Below the pieces are notes generated by a model. That model had not been told where the DNA came from and searched no databases. It was given only the letters and a program-made list of their open reading frames with translations. Source: an uncultured Pseudomonadales bacterium (lineage in GTDB: Bacteria > Patescibacteriota > Microgenomatia > UBA1400 > UBA1449). Taken from it: a stretch of 64,000 nt of DNA. Below, piece by piece: positions 1 through 13,075 of this stretch; within the stretch, counting starts at the first letter, position 1; each line of letters starts with the position of its first letter. Position numbers and translations under genes: made by a program. Where the stretch lies: the NCBI GenBank assembly GCA_964386355.1, contig CAYLQQ010000002.1:45374-109373 (forward strand), in the 5' to 3' direction.

Positions 1-465
1 TGCCCAAATAATGCCAACAATATCAAAACTCGTTGTTATGAAAGTGATCGCTTCAGTATGGACGGGATGGACTGCAAATATAAGCCCAGTAAATAGTGCT
101 AGAACCTTGTCATTTGTAAGCTGCAATGCAAGTTTATATACAAGCCATGTACAGATAAAATGGATAAAAATGGCAAATACATGGTAATAAATAACGTTTT
201 GGCCAAATATATACTGAGTGCCTGCATAATATACGCTTCTTAGGGGCCTATAGGTTCCAACATGAGCTTTAGGTACCTGTCCAAGCATGAGTGATTTGAT
301 ATCTGCAGGCGGTTTGATTTCCTTCCAGTCAATTATAAAATCAGGATCATCTCCCACAAAGCCATTTAAAAACGTATTGCTATACGGTATACATACTGCA
401 ACTAAAAGAACCAAGAATGCGTTACCCACAAACTTGCGGAAACGTGTGTAAAATGCAGTTTTCAT
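1..465 (-). CDS. N-terminal part of a polytopic GT-C-type (PMT/ArnT-like) glycosyltransferase; the rest lies outside the window
   Basis: My own minus-strand translation from the ATG at 463-465 reads MKTAFYTRFRKFVGNAFLVLLVAVCIPYSNTFLNGFVGDDPDFIIDW...FAVHPVHTEAITFI. It shows an N-terminal TM helix, a 'FVxDD' first-loop motif and further hydrophobic helices, as in GT-C enzymes. The ORF runs off the window edge, so it is absent from the ORF track. Confidence 0.5.
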   Translation of the reverse strand, partial: MKTAFYTRFRKFVGNAFLVLLVAVCIPYSNTFLNGFVGDDPDFIIDWKEIKPPADIKSLMLGQVPKAHVGTYRPLRSVYYAGTQYIFGQNVIYYHVFAIFIHFICTWLVYKLALQLTNDKVLALFTGLIFAVHPVHTEAITFITTSFDIVGIIWA

Positions 466-1349
466 ACGATTGGAAACGAGTTTGTGGTTATGGCGTACAG
501 GGTGCAGCTACTTATCAATAATATCATATTTAGCCAGTACCTCTTTACAAACAAAGAAAAACGCATTTTGTAGATCTGTTTTTTTATATCAAATACAAGC
601 ATGATGATAACTAAGCCGATAATTACCCCAAGTACTAACTTAGTAGAGTTGAAATAATTACTTGAAACATTTGATACAGGGGGATATGTTTGAGATGTTT
701 GATTTACAATGACTGCTTGTTGTGAATTGATCCAAGCTAGTTCTTCATCAGAAAATGGCGTAGCATAAAGCATGACTACAAGTATGCTACTTTTTCCATT
801 GATATTTCCCTGTATTGTCGCAATACCAGCTTGGGTAAACTTATCGTTTAAAATATTTGCTCTATGTCCAGGAGATTGCATCCAGGCTGTGACAAGGTCT
901 TCTTCCTTATAATAGTCTTTTCCCAGATTTTCACCCGCGTATTTATATACGTATCCTGCTTTTGTGATAAACTGCCAGGGTGTCTGACTGTTGGGAGATA
1001 AGTGGTCCCAATAATTGTTCTGTATCATGTCATTGGCTTTTAGTAGAGCAGCCTGATTAAGCTTGTTGTCGATTTGGAAATTTTGAAGATTGTACTGAGT
1101 ACGCTGTTGGTTCACAAGTTCGACTATTTGTGATGACTCAAGATTGAGAGCAATACCTAATACCGGCGAGTATGAACCAACTGATCTTGAGTATAAAAAA
1201 ATCTGCACGGTAATAATGAATAATAGGCATATATTACAGAGCTTTGGCATGCTATGGTATTTATTGAAGCTATCTATTAGCTTTGGTATAGTAAACTTAA
1301 ATTTGTTCATAGCAACTACTATTAAACTGCAGCAAAGTAAAATTAGCAA
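462..1349 (-). CDS. Membrane-anchored CAP/SCP (YkwD-like) domain protein
   Basis: The central region ...LVNQQRTQYNLQNFQIDNKLNQAALLKANDMIQNNYWDHLSP...YAGENLGK...VTAWMQSPGHRANILNDKFTQAGIA... matches the CAP-domain pattern (HxxP, GENL, SPGHRxN). Hydrophobic segments flank it at both ends. The true start is probably an internal Met (MNKFKF or MPKLCN). Confidence 0.65.
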   Translation of the reverse strand: MLILLCCSLIVVAMNKFKFTIPKLIDSFNKYHSMPKLCNICLLFIITVQIFLYSRSVGSYSPVLGIALNLESSQIVELVNQQRTQYNLQNFQIDNKLNQAALLKANDMIQNNYWDHLSPNSQTPWQFITKAGYVYKYAGENLGKDYYKEEDLVTAWMQSPGHRANILNDKFTQAGIATIQGNINGKSSILVVMLYATPFSDEELAWINSQQAVIVNQTSQTYPPVSNVSSNYFNSTKLVLGVIIGLVIIMLVFDIKKQIYKMRFSLFVKRYWLNMILLISSCTLYAITTNSFPIV

Positions 1350-1352
1350 ATT

Positions 1353-1886
1353 ATGGAATCTGACTTTTTGGACAAGCTACTTATTGTGCTCCTGATAACT
1401 ATACTACCTGTTAGCTTTTTTATTGCCTCCAATGCTCAAAAAAAATATGAATTAGAGCAAAAAGCACAAATCGAAAAAGAACAAGTGGCAAAAGTAACAC
1501 AAACAGTTGAACAGCTACGGGCGCGTGATGCTATTTCAATGCCTGAGATAGAAATAGATCAGGTATATTATGCTACTGAATCGAGTAAATTGGTCGTTAC
1601 GGGAAGAGCACCAAAGAAAAATACAGTGGTTATGGTATCAACTGTTTTTTTACAAGGATTAAAGGATGATAAGGAGGCAAGTGCATCGGTAAAAACAAAA
1701 TCAACACCGAATGTTCTGGGACAAGCAGTTGATGTTGTGGCTATTGAAACGGATGCAAATGGTGACTTTACGTTTGTAAAAAAAGTTGACGAAGAACAAG
1801 CGGGACTAGTTGATGTGCGTTTTGATCAAGATAAAAGTAGTGCTTCAGTCCAGTATGATATAAATACACAAAAGCAGGTATTTTAA
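1353..1886 (+). CDS. Hypothetical membrane-anchored protein
   Basis: 177-aa ORF with an N-terminal TM segment (LLIVLLITILPVSFFIA), a coiled-coil-like stretch and a beta-rich C-terminus. No family recognised. Confidence 0.45.
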   Translation: MESDFLDKLLIVLLITILPVSFFIASNAQKKYELEQKAQIEKEQVAKVTQTVEQLRARDAISMPEIEIDQVYYATESSKLVVTGRAPKKNTVVMVSTVFLQGLKDDKEASASVKTKSTPNVLGQAVDVVAIETDANGDFTFVKKVDEEQAGLVDVRFDQDKSSASVQYDINTQKQVF

Positions 1887-1894
1887 AAGGAGTA

Positions 1895-4150
1895 TCAATA
1901 CTCCGGAAGGATATTATAAACAATTGTTCCCTCGTATAGATCAGATGGCTGAAGATAATTTACCTCTATTGCATAGCTTACATAAACCGTTTTTTCTTCA
2001 GCTTCTTGTGAGGACATGACGCTGTGTGAGATGGTGCTTAAAGGACCAAATTTTGCTGATGCATTTGACCACCCCTCCACTCTTGTATCAGATGTATTTA
2101 CGCCCACCCAGCCCGTATTAACGTTCCGTACTATGCCATTTGGTGCTGACCATATTTGTGGGGTTTGCCATGTGACAGAAGTTGCGGCAAATTCATCAAT
2201 ATTATTATCGGGGTAGTTCCCCTGCATTTGATTATACAGTTTGACGCTAACATCATAGCCATAGTCTGTATTGCTGTTTACCGTCAGCTTGTGAGATCCG
2301 AACTTCGGTACGCCAACACTGAGATTACCGAATGGAAGGGTAGTGTGGGTTGTGTTTATATTTGTTGTAATTCCGTTGTTTGAAGTTCCTGTAGGTACAC
2401 CTTCGATAGCAAAAGATAAGCTAGGAGTAGCTCGATGGTATATATCAAATGTTTGTCCATCACTTTGTACTGCTGAAAATGATTGTAGAAGCAAGAGATC
2501 TGAATATATGGTTTGCTCAATGGGGTATGTTGTATAGTCGCCTGCGGTTTTATTGATTCGGATGTAGTACAGAGGATGTCCACCATTTACGGTTGATTTA
2601 GTCCATTCATTCGGAACAGTATAGTACACATTTCCAGCACTTGTAAATGTGCTAGCTCCTGAGTTGCTATTAGATATTGCAAGGGTAGACCAGGTATCAC
2701 AAGGAGTATTGATATCCAAGTTTGAGCCGCAGTAAGACCAAACGGTTATAATACCAGAACCTGCACCTTTGGTTTGTAGTTGGGTATTTACACCGCTAAA
2801 CTGCGTGTGATTACCCAGGTAAAGGTAATCATTAGAATTGTCAAAAATCTGGTAGCTGCCCTGATCAAAACTGGCATTATCTTGACTATCAGCCAAGTAC
2901 TCATTTGTATCAGATGCCAAGCCACCTCTTGCCAGCTGTTTCCAGGTGTTTGAGCTGTCATAAAACCAAGCTTGTGAAAATGGTATTAAATTGGCATTAT
3001 AATCTGTATTGATCGTACGGTTTGTGCCTTCGATAGAGAAATTGGTTGGTACATTGCTTGTGCGCCAGTTTCTAAATTTGAATATAGGGGCATATCTTGA
3101 GTACGTTTCCCCATCCAAATTAAAAGAAATTATATTGTTTGAAGTTATTAGCGGGTAACTGTTTTGGGTTTGGTTAAAGTAGTCGCTTTCTCCTGTATTG
3201 GTAAACTCACTAGCAGAACTCCAGGCTGAACCTACAGATATTTTGCCAAATAAGCTGTCTGGTTGCCATAAATCTACAGCATAGCTTTTTGCTTCATTAC
3301 CGCTTAAGCTATTATCGTCAGTAATCTGAAAAACATAAGTATACGTATATGACTGTCCTCCAGAAAGACTATCATCAGTAATCAAACCGGCTGTAATTAC
3401 ATTTTCATCATTCTGGTATAAAAATTCATTATTTGGGAAAAAGCTGGGTACTTCTAGGGCATGTATCATGTAATCATTATCAGTACCGGTAGCTGGGTCA
3501 GAACCGGTGAGTGTTAGGCTAATCCCAGGAGCTGTGTATGTAATGTCAGCCACGCTCTGAATAGCTGCGCTTGGTGTGACGGTACCAGGAGCTGTATCAT
3601 GATCAGAAATAAAAGCATTTTCATCAAATAAGCTTGGTGCAAACGAAATGTAAGGTCCAGTCATTCCAGTACCAGCTGTGGATGAGCTAAAGGCACCATG
3701 CACCACAATCCTATCGGGATATATGGTATAGATTTGGGTATATTCTCCATCATTACTAGAACCGCAAGCTCCGTCTGTAAAATCATAGAGATCCCCGCTT
3801 ACTGAGATGACAATTCTTGTTTGAGTAGATTCCAAAAGGTGTATTGAAGCATTACTTTCACAAAACATGCTGTTTGTATCTCGTGTGACTAAACCCATTC
3901 CATATAACCGATTTGAAGTGCTACTAGTATCGATAATATTAGTGCTGCTTGAGCTGGGAATAACTAAGCTCGATAGTACTCCCCCGAGATCGCTCCTAAA
4001 CGTTGCTTTCCAGCTCGGGGTGGAATTACTGTTAACAACAATTGTGGTTGCAGTTATAGAGTCTACGCTCACTGATGCGGCATATACTTGTTGAGTGCAG
4101 GTCAGAAAGGTGAACGATATGAGAAATAGAAAGATACATGTTAATCGCAT
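1895..4150 (-). CDS. Large secreted surface protein with a C-terminal domain paralogous to the neighbouring 369-aa protein (WxL-like, tentative)
   Basis: Sec signal peptide (MRLTCIFLFLISFTFLTCTQQVYA/AS) and a Ser/Thr/Asn-rich beta-type composition. The last ~185 aa align with the C-terminus of the 4229..5338 product (TLPFGNLSVGVPKFGSHKLTVNSNTDYGYDVSVK...NTGWVGVNTSD...YVSYAIEVNYLQPSDLYEGTIVYNILPEY). Confidence 0.7.
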   Translation of the reverse strand: MRLTCIFLFLISFTFLTCTQQVYAASVSVDSITATTIVVNSNSTPSWKATFRSDLGGVLSSLVIPSSSSTNIIDTSSTSNRLYGMGLVTRDTNSMFCESNASIHLLESTQTRIVISVSGDLYDFTDGACGSSNDGEYTQIYTIYPDRIVVHGAFSSSTAGTGMTGPYISFAPSLFDENAFISDHDTAPGTVTPSAAIQSVADITYTAPGISLTLTGSDPATGTDNDYMIHALEVPSFFPNNEFLYQNDENVITAGLITDDSLSGGQSYTYTYVFQITDDNSLSGNEAKSYAVDLWQPDSLFGKISVGSAWSSASEFTNTGESDYFNQTQNSYPLITSNNIISFNLDGETYSRYAPIFKFRNWRTSNVPTNFSIEGTNRTINTDYNANLIPFSQAWFYDSSNTWKQLARGGLASDTNEYLADSQDNASFDQGSYQIFDNSNDYLYLGNHTQFSGVNTQLQTKGAGSGIITVWSYCGSNLDINTPCDTWSTLAISNSNSGASTFTSAGNVYYTVPNEWTKSTVNGGHPLYYIRINKTAGDYTTYPIEQTIYSDLLLLQSFSAVQSDGQTFDIYHRATPSLSFAIEGVPTGTSNNGITTNINTTHTTLPFGNLSVGVPKFGSHKLTVNSNTDYGYDVSVKLYNQMQGNYPDNNIDEFAATSVTWQTPQIWSAPNGIVRNVNTGWVGVNTSDTRVEGWSNASAKFGPLSTISHSVMSSQEAEEKTVYVSYAIEVNYLQPSDLYEGTIVYNILPEY

Positions 4151-4174
4151 ACAATGATGATAACAAAGCTAATC

Positions 4175-4205
4175 TAAAAAAACACCCTCTCGTTGAGAGG
4201 GTGTT
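4175..4205 (-). terminator. Intrinsic terminator downstream of the 369-aa surface protein gene
   Basis: On the minus strand: ACACCCTCTC-AACG-AGAGGGTGT followed by a T-run. This is a perfect 9-10 bp GC-rich stem. Confidence 0.75.
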
Positions 4206-4228
4206 TATCTAATCCGTTCTAGAAATGT

Positions 4229-5338
4229 TTAGTAGGTAGGCAAGGCGTTGTAGTACAGTATTCCTGTGTAGGTATCAGCTGGCTGATACACATTTACCTC
4301 TAATGCATAACTGACATAATCAGAAGCACCTCCGTTATCTGAGACTAAACTCTTCATAACAGTTGATTCAGTAAGATCCGAAACTCCTGCAAATTGTGCA
4401 GTATCGTCTCCAGTCCAGTTTTCTACTTCATTATCTGATGTGTTGTATCCTACCCATCCAGTGTTTGTGTTAGCAGCATTACCAGTAGGTTCAGCCCAAA
4501 CTGAGTGGCTTCCAACGTGTGGGAACGGGTCAATATTGTTGGCACTATATACTCCGGTCATGGGAGTAACCATCTTAATAGATACTGTATAACCAGCCTG
4601 TGTGTTTGTGGTCACGGTCAGTTTATGAGCAGCATATTTGGGTGTGCCTGCAGTCAAAGCTCCAAATGGCAGAGTATTATAAGAGGATGACACTGACGTT
4701 GTAACGCCATTATGTGCCTCATTATTTGTCACACCATCCACAACAAATGTGAAGGTAGCATCGACACGGGCAGTCACGCTAACTTGCTCAACAAAAGTGA
4801 TTGATGCAACAGCAGAATCTATAAGATTATTGGCATCAGTGCTTGCATCACTATATGTACCTACTTTTACGTAACATGTGCCGGTTGATGAGTTACCAAC
4901 TGCATTACATCCTGAAATAGCAGGATTGGTAATGTTATTGATTGTAAAAGAAAATAATTGGCCACCTACTCCGAATGTTTGACCAGTAGAGTTAAGTTGA
5001 AAATAGTTTGACCCAGCAGAGCCACCTAAAGACCAAGTACCATCTATTCCGACGGGACTTACTAAAGCGTTAGTTGAAACTCCTGCTAAACCTAGACCGG
5101 TTGGTATAGTACAAGCTCCTCCCCACGTAGGTTCCTTACAGTAGGTAACTGTTATATTTTTGTAAGTTCCTGCAGTACTTGTAGTAAATTCAAATACATG
5201 ACTAGTCGAAACAGCAGGGCGTGGATCTGATAGTTTTGCTTTAAAACTTCGTAAAATACTTGCAGCACCCACCGGACGGACTAATAAAAGTCCTAAAACG
5301 AGTGCCCCAAAAAATGATAATAAGCGGGCAGTTTTCAT
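4229..5338 (-). CDS. Secreted surface protein, probably abundant (candidate surface-layer or fibre subunit); WxL-like C-terminal domain (tentative)
   Basis: Signal peptide MKTARLLSFFGALVLGLLLVRPVGA/AS. A strong SD (GGGGAGGTGAACAT-ATG), a TTGACA promoter and its own terminator surround the gene. The C-terminus ...YVSYALEVNVYQPADTYTGILYYNALPTY resembles the terminal motif of WxL-type cell-surface domains, with W replaced by Y. Confidence 0.65.
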   Translation of the reverse strand: MKTARLLSFFGALVLGLLLVRPVGAASILRSFKAKLSDPRPAVSTSHVFEFTTSTAGTYKNITVTYCKEPTWGGACTIPTGLGLAGVSTNALVSPVGIDGTWSLGGSAGSNYFQLNSTGQTFGVGGQLFSFTINNITNPAISGCNAVGNSSTGTCYVKVGTYSDASTDANNLIDSAVASITFVEQVSVTARVDATFTFVVDGVTNNEAHNGVTTSVSSSYNTLPFGALTAGTPKYAAHKLTVTTNTQAGYTVSIKMVTPMTGVYSANNIDPFPHVGSHSVWAEPTGNAANTNTGWVGYNTSDNEVENWTGDDTAQFAGVSDLTESTVMKSLVSDNGGASDYVSYALEVNVYQPADTYTGILYYNALPTY

Positions 5339-5405
5339 ATGTTCACCTCCCCTCTCAAACGGTCTATAAAAGTATACCGTTTAAGCAAATTAATAGTATG
5401 TATCC

Positions 5406-5435
5406 ATGTTAGTAAGTTTGATGAGCTGTTGTCAA
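5406..5435 (-). promoter_or_regulatory. Sigma70-like promoter for the 369-aa surface protein gene
   Basis: The minus strand reads TTGACA-18 nt-TAACAT. A 5'-UTR hairpin (AAACGGT...ACCGTTT) and a strong SD follow. Confidence 0.4.
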
Positions 5436-5482
5436 GAGGGTAATTGAGGAGTTATCTATAGTCGCTGATAAGACCGAGCTAA

Positions 5483-7180
5483 ATGATAGAAGATATTAAA
5501 ATTGTATCAGGATCAAGTATCATTTATACTCAGAGCATGGTACTTTCTGACGATGCATTACTAGAACAGTCACTCCAGGATATTGGGATTAAATCTTACA
5601 AGGATCCCTTTGGTATGCCTGACACGTTTATATATGATCCCATAAAACCCATACAAGAAAAAGAAGGCAGCAAACGGCAAGTCCGCTTTACCCAACTGCT
5701 GAACTATTCGTTTCCAGAAGAGATAGAAGGTGGAGTAGCCGAGGTAGGGGAGGTGATATATATCGGCGATGGGGTGTGCCGGGTGGTCGGCTTATCGAAA
5801 GCTGAAATCGAAGATGTAATCAATGTTAAAACAGGTAAGGGTTGGGAAAAGGCACTCATCTTAGGTATAGAAGATACCCATATTGAGTCAGTTGTTCTTG
5901 GAGATTATTCAAATATCAAACAGGGCGACCAGGTAATCGCAACTAACTCAAGGTTAAAAGTGCCTGTTGGTAAAACTCTGTATGGCCGGGTAATTAGTCC
6001 TCTCGGAGTGCCTATAGATGGTAAGGGCAAGATTGAACCCGAAACGTACCGGGATGTGGAATTTCCAGCCCCATCAGTTATGGAGCGTGAGCCCATTTTT
6101 GAACCCCTAAAAACAGGTGAGATGGTTATAGATGCTACGATCCCTATCGGTTTAGGCCAGAGAGAATTGGTGATAGGAGACCGAAAAAGCGGGAAGAGCA
6201 GGTTTGCTATCGACATCATTTCAAACCAAAAAGGCAGAAACATGATCTGTGTATATGTTGGAGTTGGAATGCAGGCTGCTAAGGCAAAGGCTACGCTTGA
6301 GCTTTTGGAATCTAGAGAGGCCATGGATTACACCATCATGGTTGTATCTACTTCTGATGATCCTCCGTCACTACAGTACATCTCTCCATATGTAGGTACT
6401 GCCATAGCGGAGCATTTTATGTATGCAGGCAAAAATGTCTTGATTATTTATGATGATCTATCAAAACAAGCAAAAGCTTATCGGCAGGTTTCATTGCTGT
6501 TGAAACGCTCGCCAGGTCGAGATGCATATCCTGGTGATATCTTCTTTTTACATTCCAGGCTACTTGAACGCTCATCAAAAATGCATCGCAAGCTGGGAGG
6601 AGGTGCCATTACTGCCCTACCCATTGCCGAAACCCAGTCCGGTGATATATCTGATTACATCATCACCAATCTCATGTCTATTACAGATGGGCACATTTAT
6701 CTGGATGCAAATATGATGCATGAGGGAATTTTACCGGCAGTAAACTCACAAGCCTCAGTTTCCCGTATCGGGAGTAAGGTCCAGTCAAGTTTGCTAAAAA
6801 AGGTAGGAGAGCTTGCTTCGAGAGCTCTAGCCCGGTATGCAGAGTTAAAATCATTTGAAACGATTAACACCGAAGTTGCAGAGGAAACACTTCGGGATAT
6901 ACGGAGAGGCAAAAAAGTAAAGGAAATGTTAGCTCAAGTATCATCAGTAAATTATTCTACAGATGAGATAGTAGTTTTGCTCCATTTAGTAACTTCAGAT
7001 AAGCTGGAGATGATCGATCTTACAGACCTGTCTAAGTTTAAGCTGGAATTCCTGGAATACTATAGAAAAATTGTGACTCCTGAATTTAGAGGTAAATGTG
7101 AATCGTCAAAAGACCTCAAAGATATCGATGGGGAAGTGTCTGTTATGCTGGATAGGTTTTTAAAGCAACGTACAAGTTAG
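5483..7180 (+). CDS. atpA: F-type ATPase F1 alpha subunit with an N-terminal extension
   Basis: P-loop GDRKSGKS, followed by ...LIIYDDLSKQAKAYRQVSLLLKRSPGRDAYPGDIFFLHSRLLERS...ALPIAETQSGDISDYIITNLMSITDGHIYLD, all classic alpha-subunit blocks. The beta-barrel motif GEVIYIGDGVCRVVGL starts near residue 89, against about 30 in canonical alpha. An alternative start at M45 is possible. Confidence 0.93.
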   Translation: MIEDIKIVSGSSIIYTQSMVLSDDALLEQSLQDIGIKSYKDPFGMPDTFIYDPIKPIQEKEGSKRQVRFTQLLNYSFPEEIEGGVAEVGEVIYIGDGVCRVVGLSKAEIEDVINVKTGKGWEKALILGIEDTHIESVVLGDYSNIKQGDQVIATNSRLKVPVGKTLYGRVISPLGVPIDGKGKIEPETYRDVEFPAPSVMEREPIFEPLKTGEMVIDATIPIGLGQRELVIGDRKSGKSRFAIDIISNQKGRNMICVYVGVGMQAAKAKATLELLESREAMDYTIMVVSTSDDPPSLQYISPYVGTAIAEHFMYAGKNVLIIYDDLSKQAKAYRQVSLLLKRSPGRDAYPGDIFFLHSRLLERSSKMHRKLGGGAITALPIAETQSGDISDYIITNLMSITDGHIYLDANMMHEGILPAVNSQASVSRIGSKVQSSLLKKVGELASRALARYAELKSFETINTEVAEETLRDIRRGKKVKEMLAQVSSVNYSTDEIVVLLHLVTSDKLEMIDLTDLSKFKLEFLEYYRKIVTPEFRGKCESSKDLKDIDGEVSVMLDRFLKQRTS

Positions 7181-7273
7181 TTCAAAGTACAAAATACATC
7201 AATATCTTCAATTATTAGTGGAAATTATTATTTTTATCGCAAACTTATAAAGCATTATTGACAAAAATAACGT

Positions 7274-8158
7274 ATGGCCAAAATAAATGAAATAAAGGAG
7301 CAGCAAATTGTGGTATCTGCAGTAGGAGAATTTTCAAATTCTTTGCAGCAGATAGCGACCATGCGGATGGTATCGTTGCGGAAAGTGGTTTTAGCAAGCC
7401 GGCGTTTTGTGGATGAAGCTACAGTTATCTTACGCGATTTAAAACGCGAACGGCAAGCACAGCTTATTGGAAAGCTAAAGAAAATAGATAAACGCTTTGC
7501 CAAACGGAGAACTCAGCGGGAAGCGATTATTGTTTTATCTTCCTACCAAGGGTTGTGTGGTTCTTATAATGTAGAAATATTTAACCGAATTGATAAGGTA
7601 CTTCCTGTACATCTAGAAGCTGATTATTTTGTTATTGGTTCAAAAGGTCAGGATTATTTTCGCAGGTTACTGCGTAAACATCCGAAACTCAATTTTTACC
7701 CCTATGATATTCCAGAGAGTGTTGGGATAGAGCACTTGCGCCGGCTTATAAATATGTTTCCTTACTATGATCATATTCACCTTATTTATTCCAAGTATGT
7801 GAATACAACTACCAGAGATGTTGTTTTTCTTGAATTAGTTGAACCTGCCTTTGAGGAGGATGAAAAGAAAGAAGAGCCAGAAAAAGAAGATAATAAAGGC
7901 GCATATATTTTTGAACCAGACCTTGAAGAACTTATTGAAAATGTAGCTAACAAATTACGGTATGCCCTTTTTCGGCAGCAAATATTGGATTCAAAACTAT
8001 CACTGTACAGTTCTCAAATGGTTGCTATGCAAAATGCGACGGATAATGCAAAGACACTTCTCAAAGACCTACAAATGGAATATAACAAAGCCCGTCGTAA
8101 GAATATTGATAAAAAAATACAAGAAGTCCAAGCAGGCCGAGCCCTGTGGGCAAATTAG
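7274..8158 (+). CDS. atpG: F-type ATPase F1 gamma subunit
   Basis: The N-terminal helix (IKEQQIVVSAVGEFSNSLQQIATMRMVSLRK) and C-terminal helix (...MEYNKARRKNIDKKIQEVQAGRALW) fit the gamma pattern (...NKARQAxITxEIxEIxxGAxAL). The gene lies between atpA and atpD. Confidence 0.85.
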   Translation: MAKINEIKEQQIVVSAVGEFSNSLQQIATMRMVSLRKVVLASRRFVDEATVILRDLKRERQAQLIGKLKKIDKRFAKRRTQREAIIVLSSYQGLCGSYNVEIFNRIDKVLPVHLEADYFVIGSKGQDYFRRLLRKHPKLNFYPYDIPESVGIEHLRRLINMFPYYDHIHLIYSKYVNTTTRDVVFLELVEPAFEEDEKKEEPEKEDNKGAYIFEPDLEELIENVANKLRYALFRQQILDSKLSLYSSQMVAMQNATDNAKTLLKDLQMEYNKARRKNIDKKIQEVQAGRALWAN

Positions 8159-8164
8159 CTATCC

Positions 8165-11973
<3,809 letters not shown>

Positions 11974-12062
11974 GTGCCAAAATGCAGTTTACCAATGAAA
12001 ACAGCAAGGCCGCATTAATTTAATTATATTACTGCTCTGCACAATCTTTTTCATTCTTATTT

Positions 12063-12323
12063 ATGGCAGAAAACAAACCACAAGTTCACGTGATTATTGT
12101 TGATCCTGATAAGGTAGTATATGAAGGTGATGCGTTACGAATATTTGTCCCAGGAAAGATCGCAGAGCTTGCTTTGTTACCTGAACATACTCCTTTGTAT
12201 AGCGAGCTTACCGCAGGTCCAGTTATTGTAGAGGAAGTATCAGGAGCAAAGCAGGAAATTAAAATAGACGGGGGAGTGGCAAAAATGCAAAATAATGAAC
12301 TGCATATATTAATTGGATACTAA
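12063..12323 (+). CDS. atpC: F-type ATPase epsilon subunit, short form (beta-sandwich domain only)
   Basis: VHVIIVDPDKVVYEGDALRIFVPGKIAELALLPEHTPLYSELTAGPVIV... matches the epsilon N-terminal domain. The protein ends at 86 aa, without the C-terminal helical hairpin. It sits downstream of atpD. Confidence 0.8.
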   Translation: MAENKPQVHVIIVDPDKVVYEGDALRIFVPGKIAELALLPEHTPLYSELTAGPVIVEEVSGAKQEIKIDGGVAKMQNNELHILIGY

Positions 12324-12376
12324 TATTGGTTCATTTTAATTAATGACAATATTCAATTACTGACTATAATTTTGAT

Positions 12377-13018
12377 ATGAAAAAAATTACCTTACTTATA
12401 TTTGCTTCGGCAGTTCTTGTTTCTTGCACGTCATCAACAGATATAGCATCTATAGATAAAAAACTCGAGTCTTCTTCAAAATCACTTGGCAATGTCAATA
12501 TGGTAAACGATATTACTAATCAAAATCAGGTTAAAGGGGAGCAAACAGTTGCCGATGATTCGCAGGATATTGAACTTTCCAGAGATGACCAACGAGCTAT
12601 AGCCGAAAATGAAAAAAAAGGATCAGGGCAAGCAAAAACAGTAAAGCCAAGCAGCAAACCACAGACAAGCATGGACCCAATAGATAAAGATACAACTACA
12701 TTACAAGTTCAGGAAAAACAACCTGGAACAGGAGTTGAAGCAGTTGAGGGAAAAATGGTTTTGGTTCATTATGTAGGAAAACTTACAAACGGTTCAGAAT
12801 TTGACAATTCATACAAGCGCGGTCAACCGATCAGTTTTACATTAGGAGCTGGTCAAGTGATCCAAGGTTGGGATATTGGGATAGCTGGCATGAAAGTTGG
12901 CGGAAAACGACACTTGGTTATACCACCTCAACTTGCATATGGTAATAACTCACCAACTCCGGATATCCCCAATGGCGCAACACTTATATTTGACGTAGAG
13001 CTGGTTGATGTAAAATAA
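12377..13018 (+). CDS. FKBP-type peptidyl-prolyl cis-trans isomerase, lipoprotein
   Basis: Lipobox LLIFASAVLVSC, and an FKBP core VHYVGKLTNGSEFDNSYKRGQPISFTLGAGQVIQGWDIGIAGMKVGGKRHLVIPPQLAYG. Confidence 0.9.
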   Translation: MKKITLLIFASAVLVSCTSSTDIASIDKKLESSSKSLGNVNMVNDITNQNQVKGEQTVADDSQDIELSRDDQRAIAENEKKGSGQAKTVKPSSKPQTSMDPIDKDTTTLQVQEKQPGTGVEAVEGKMVLVHYVGKLTNGSEFDNSYKRGQPISFTLGAGQVIQGWDIGIAGMKVGGKRHLVIPPQLAYGNNSPTPDIPNGATLIFDVELVDVK

Positions 13019-13075
13019 TACTCTTGCATTTTTTTTCACTTTGTTTTATATAGAAATTGTTTTAGGAGGGTATGT

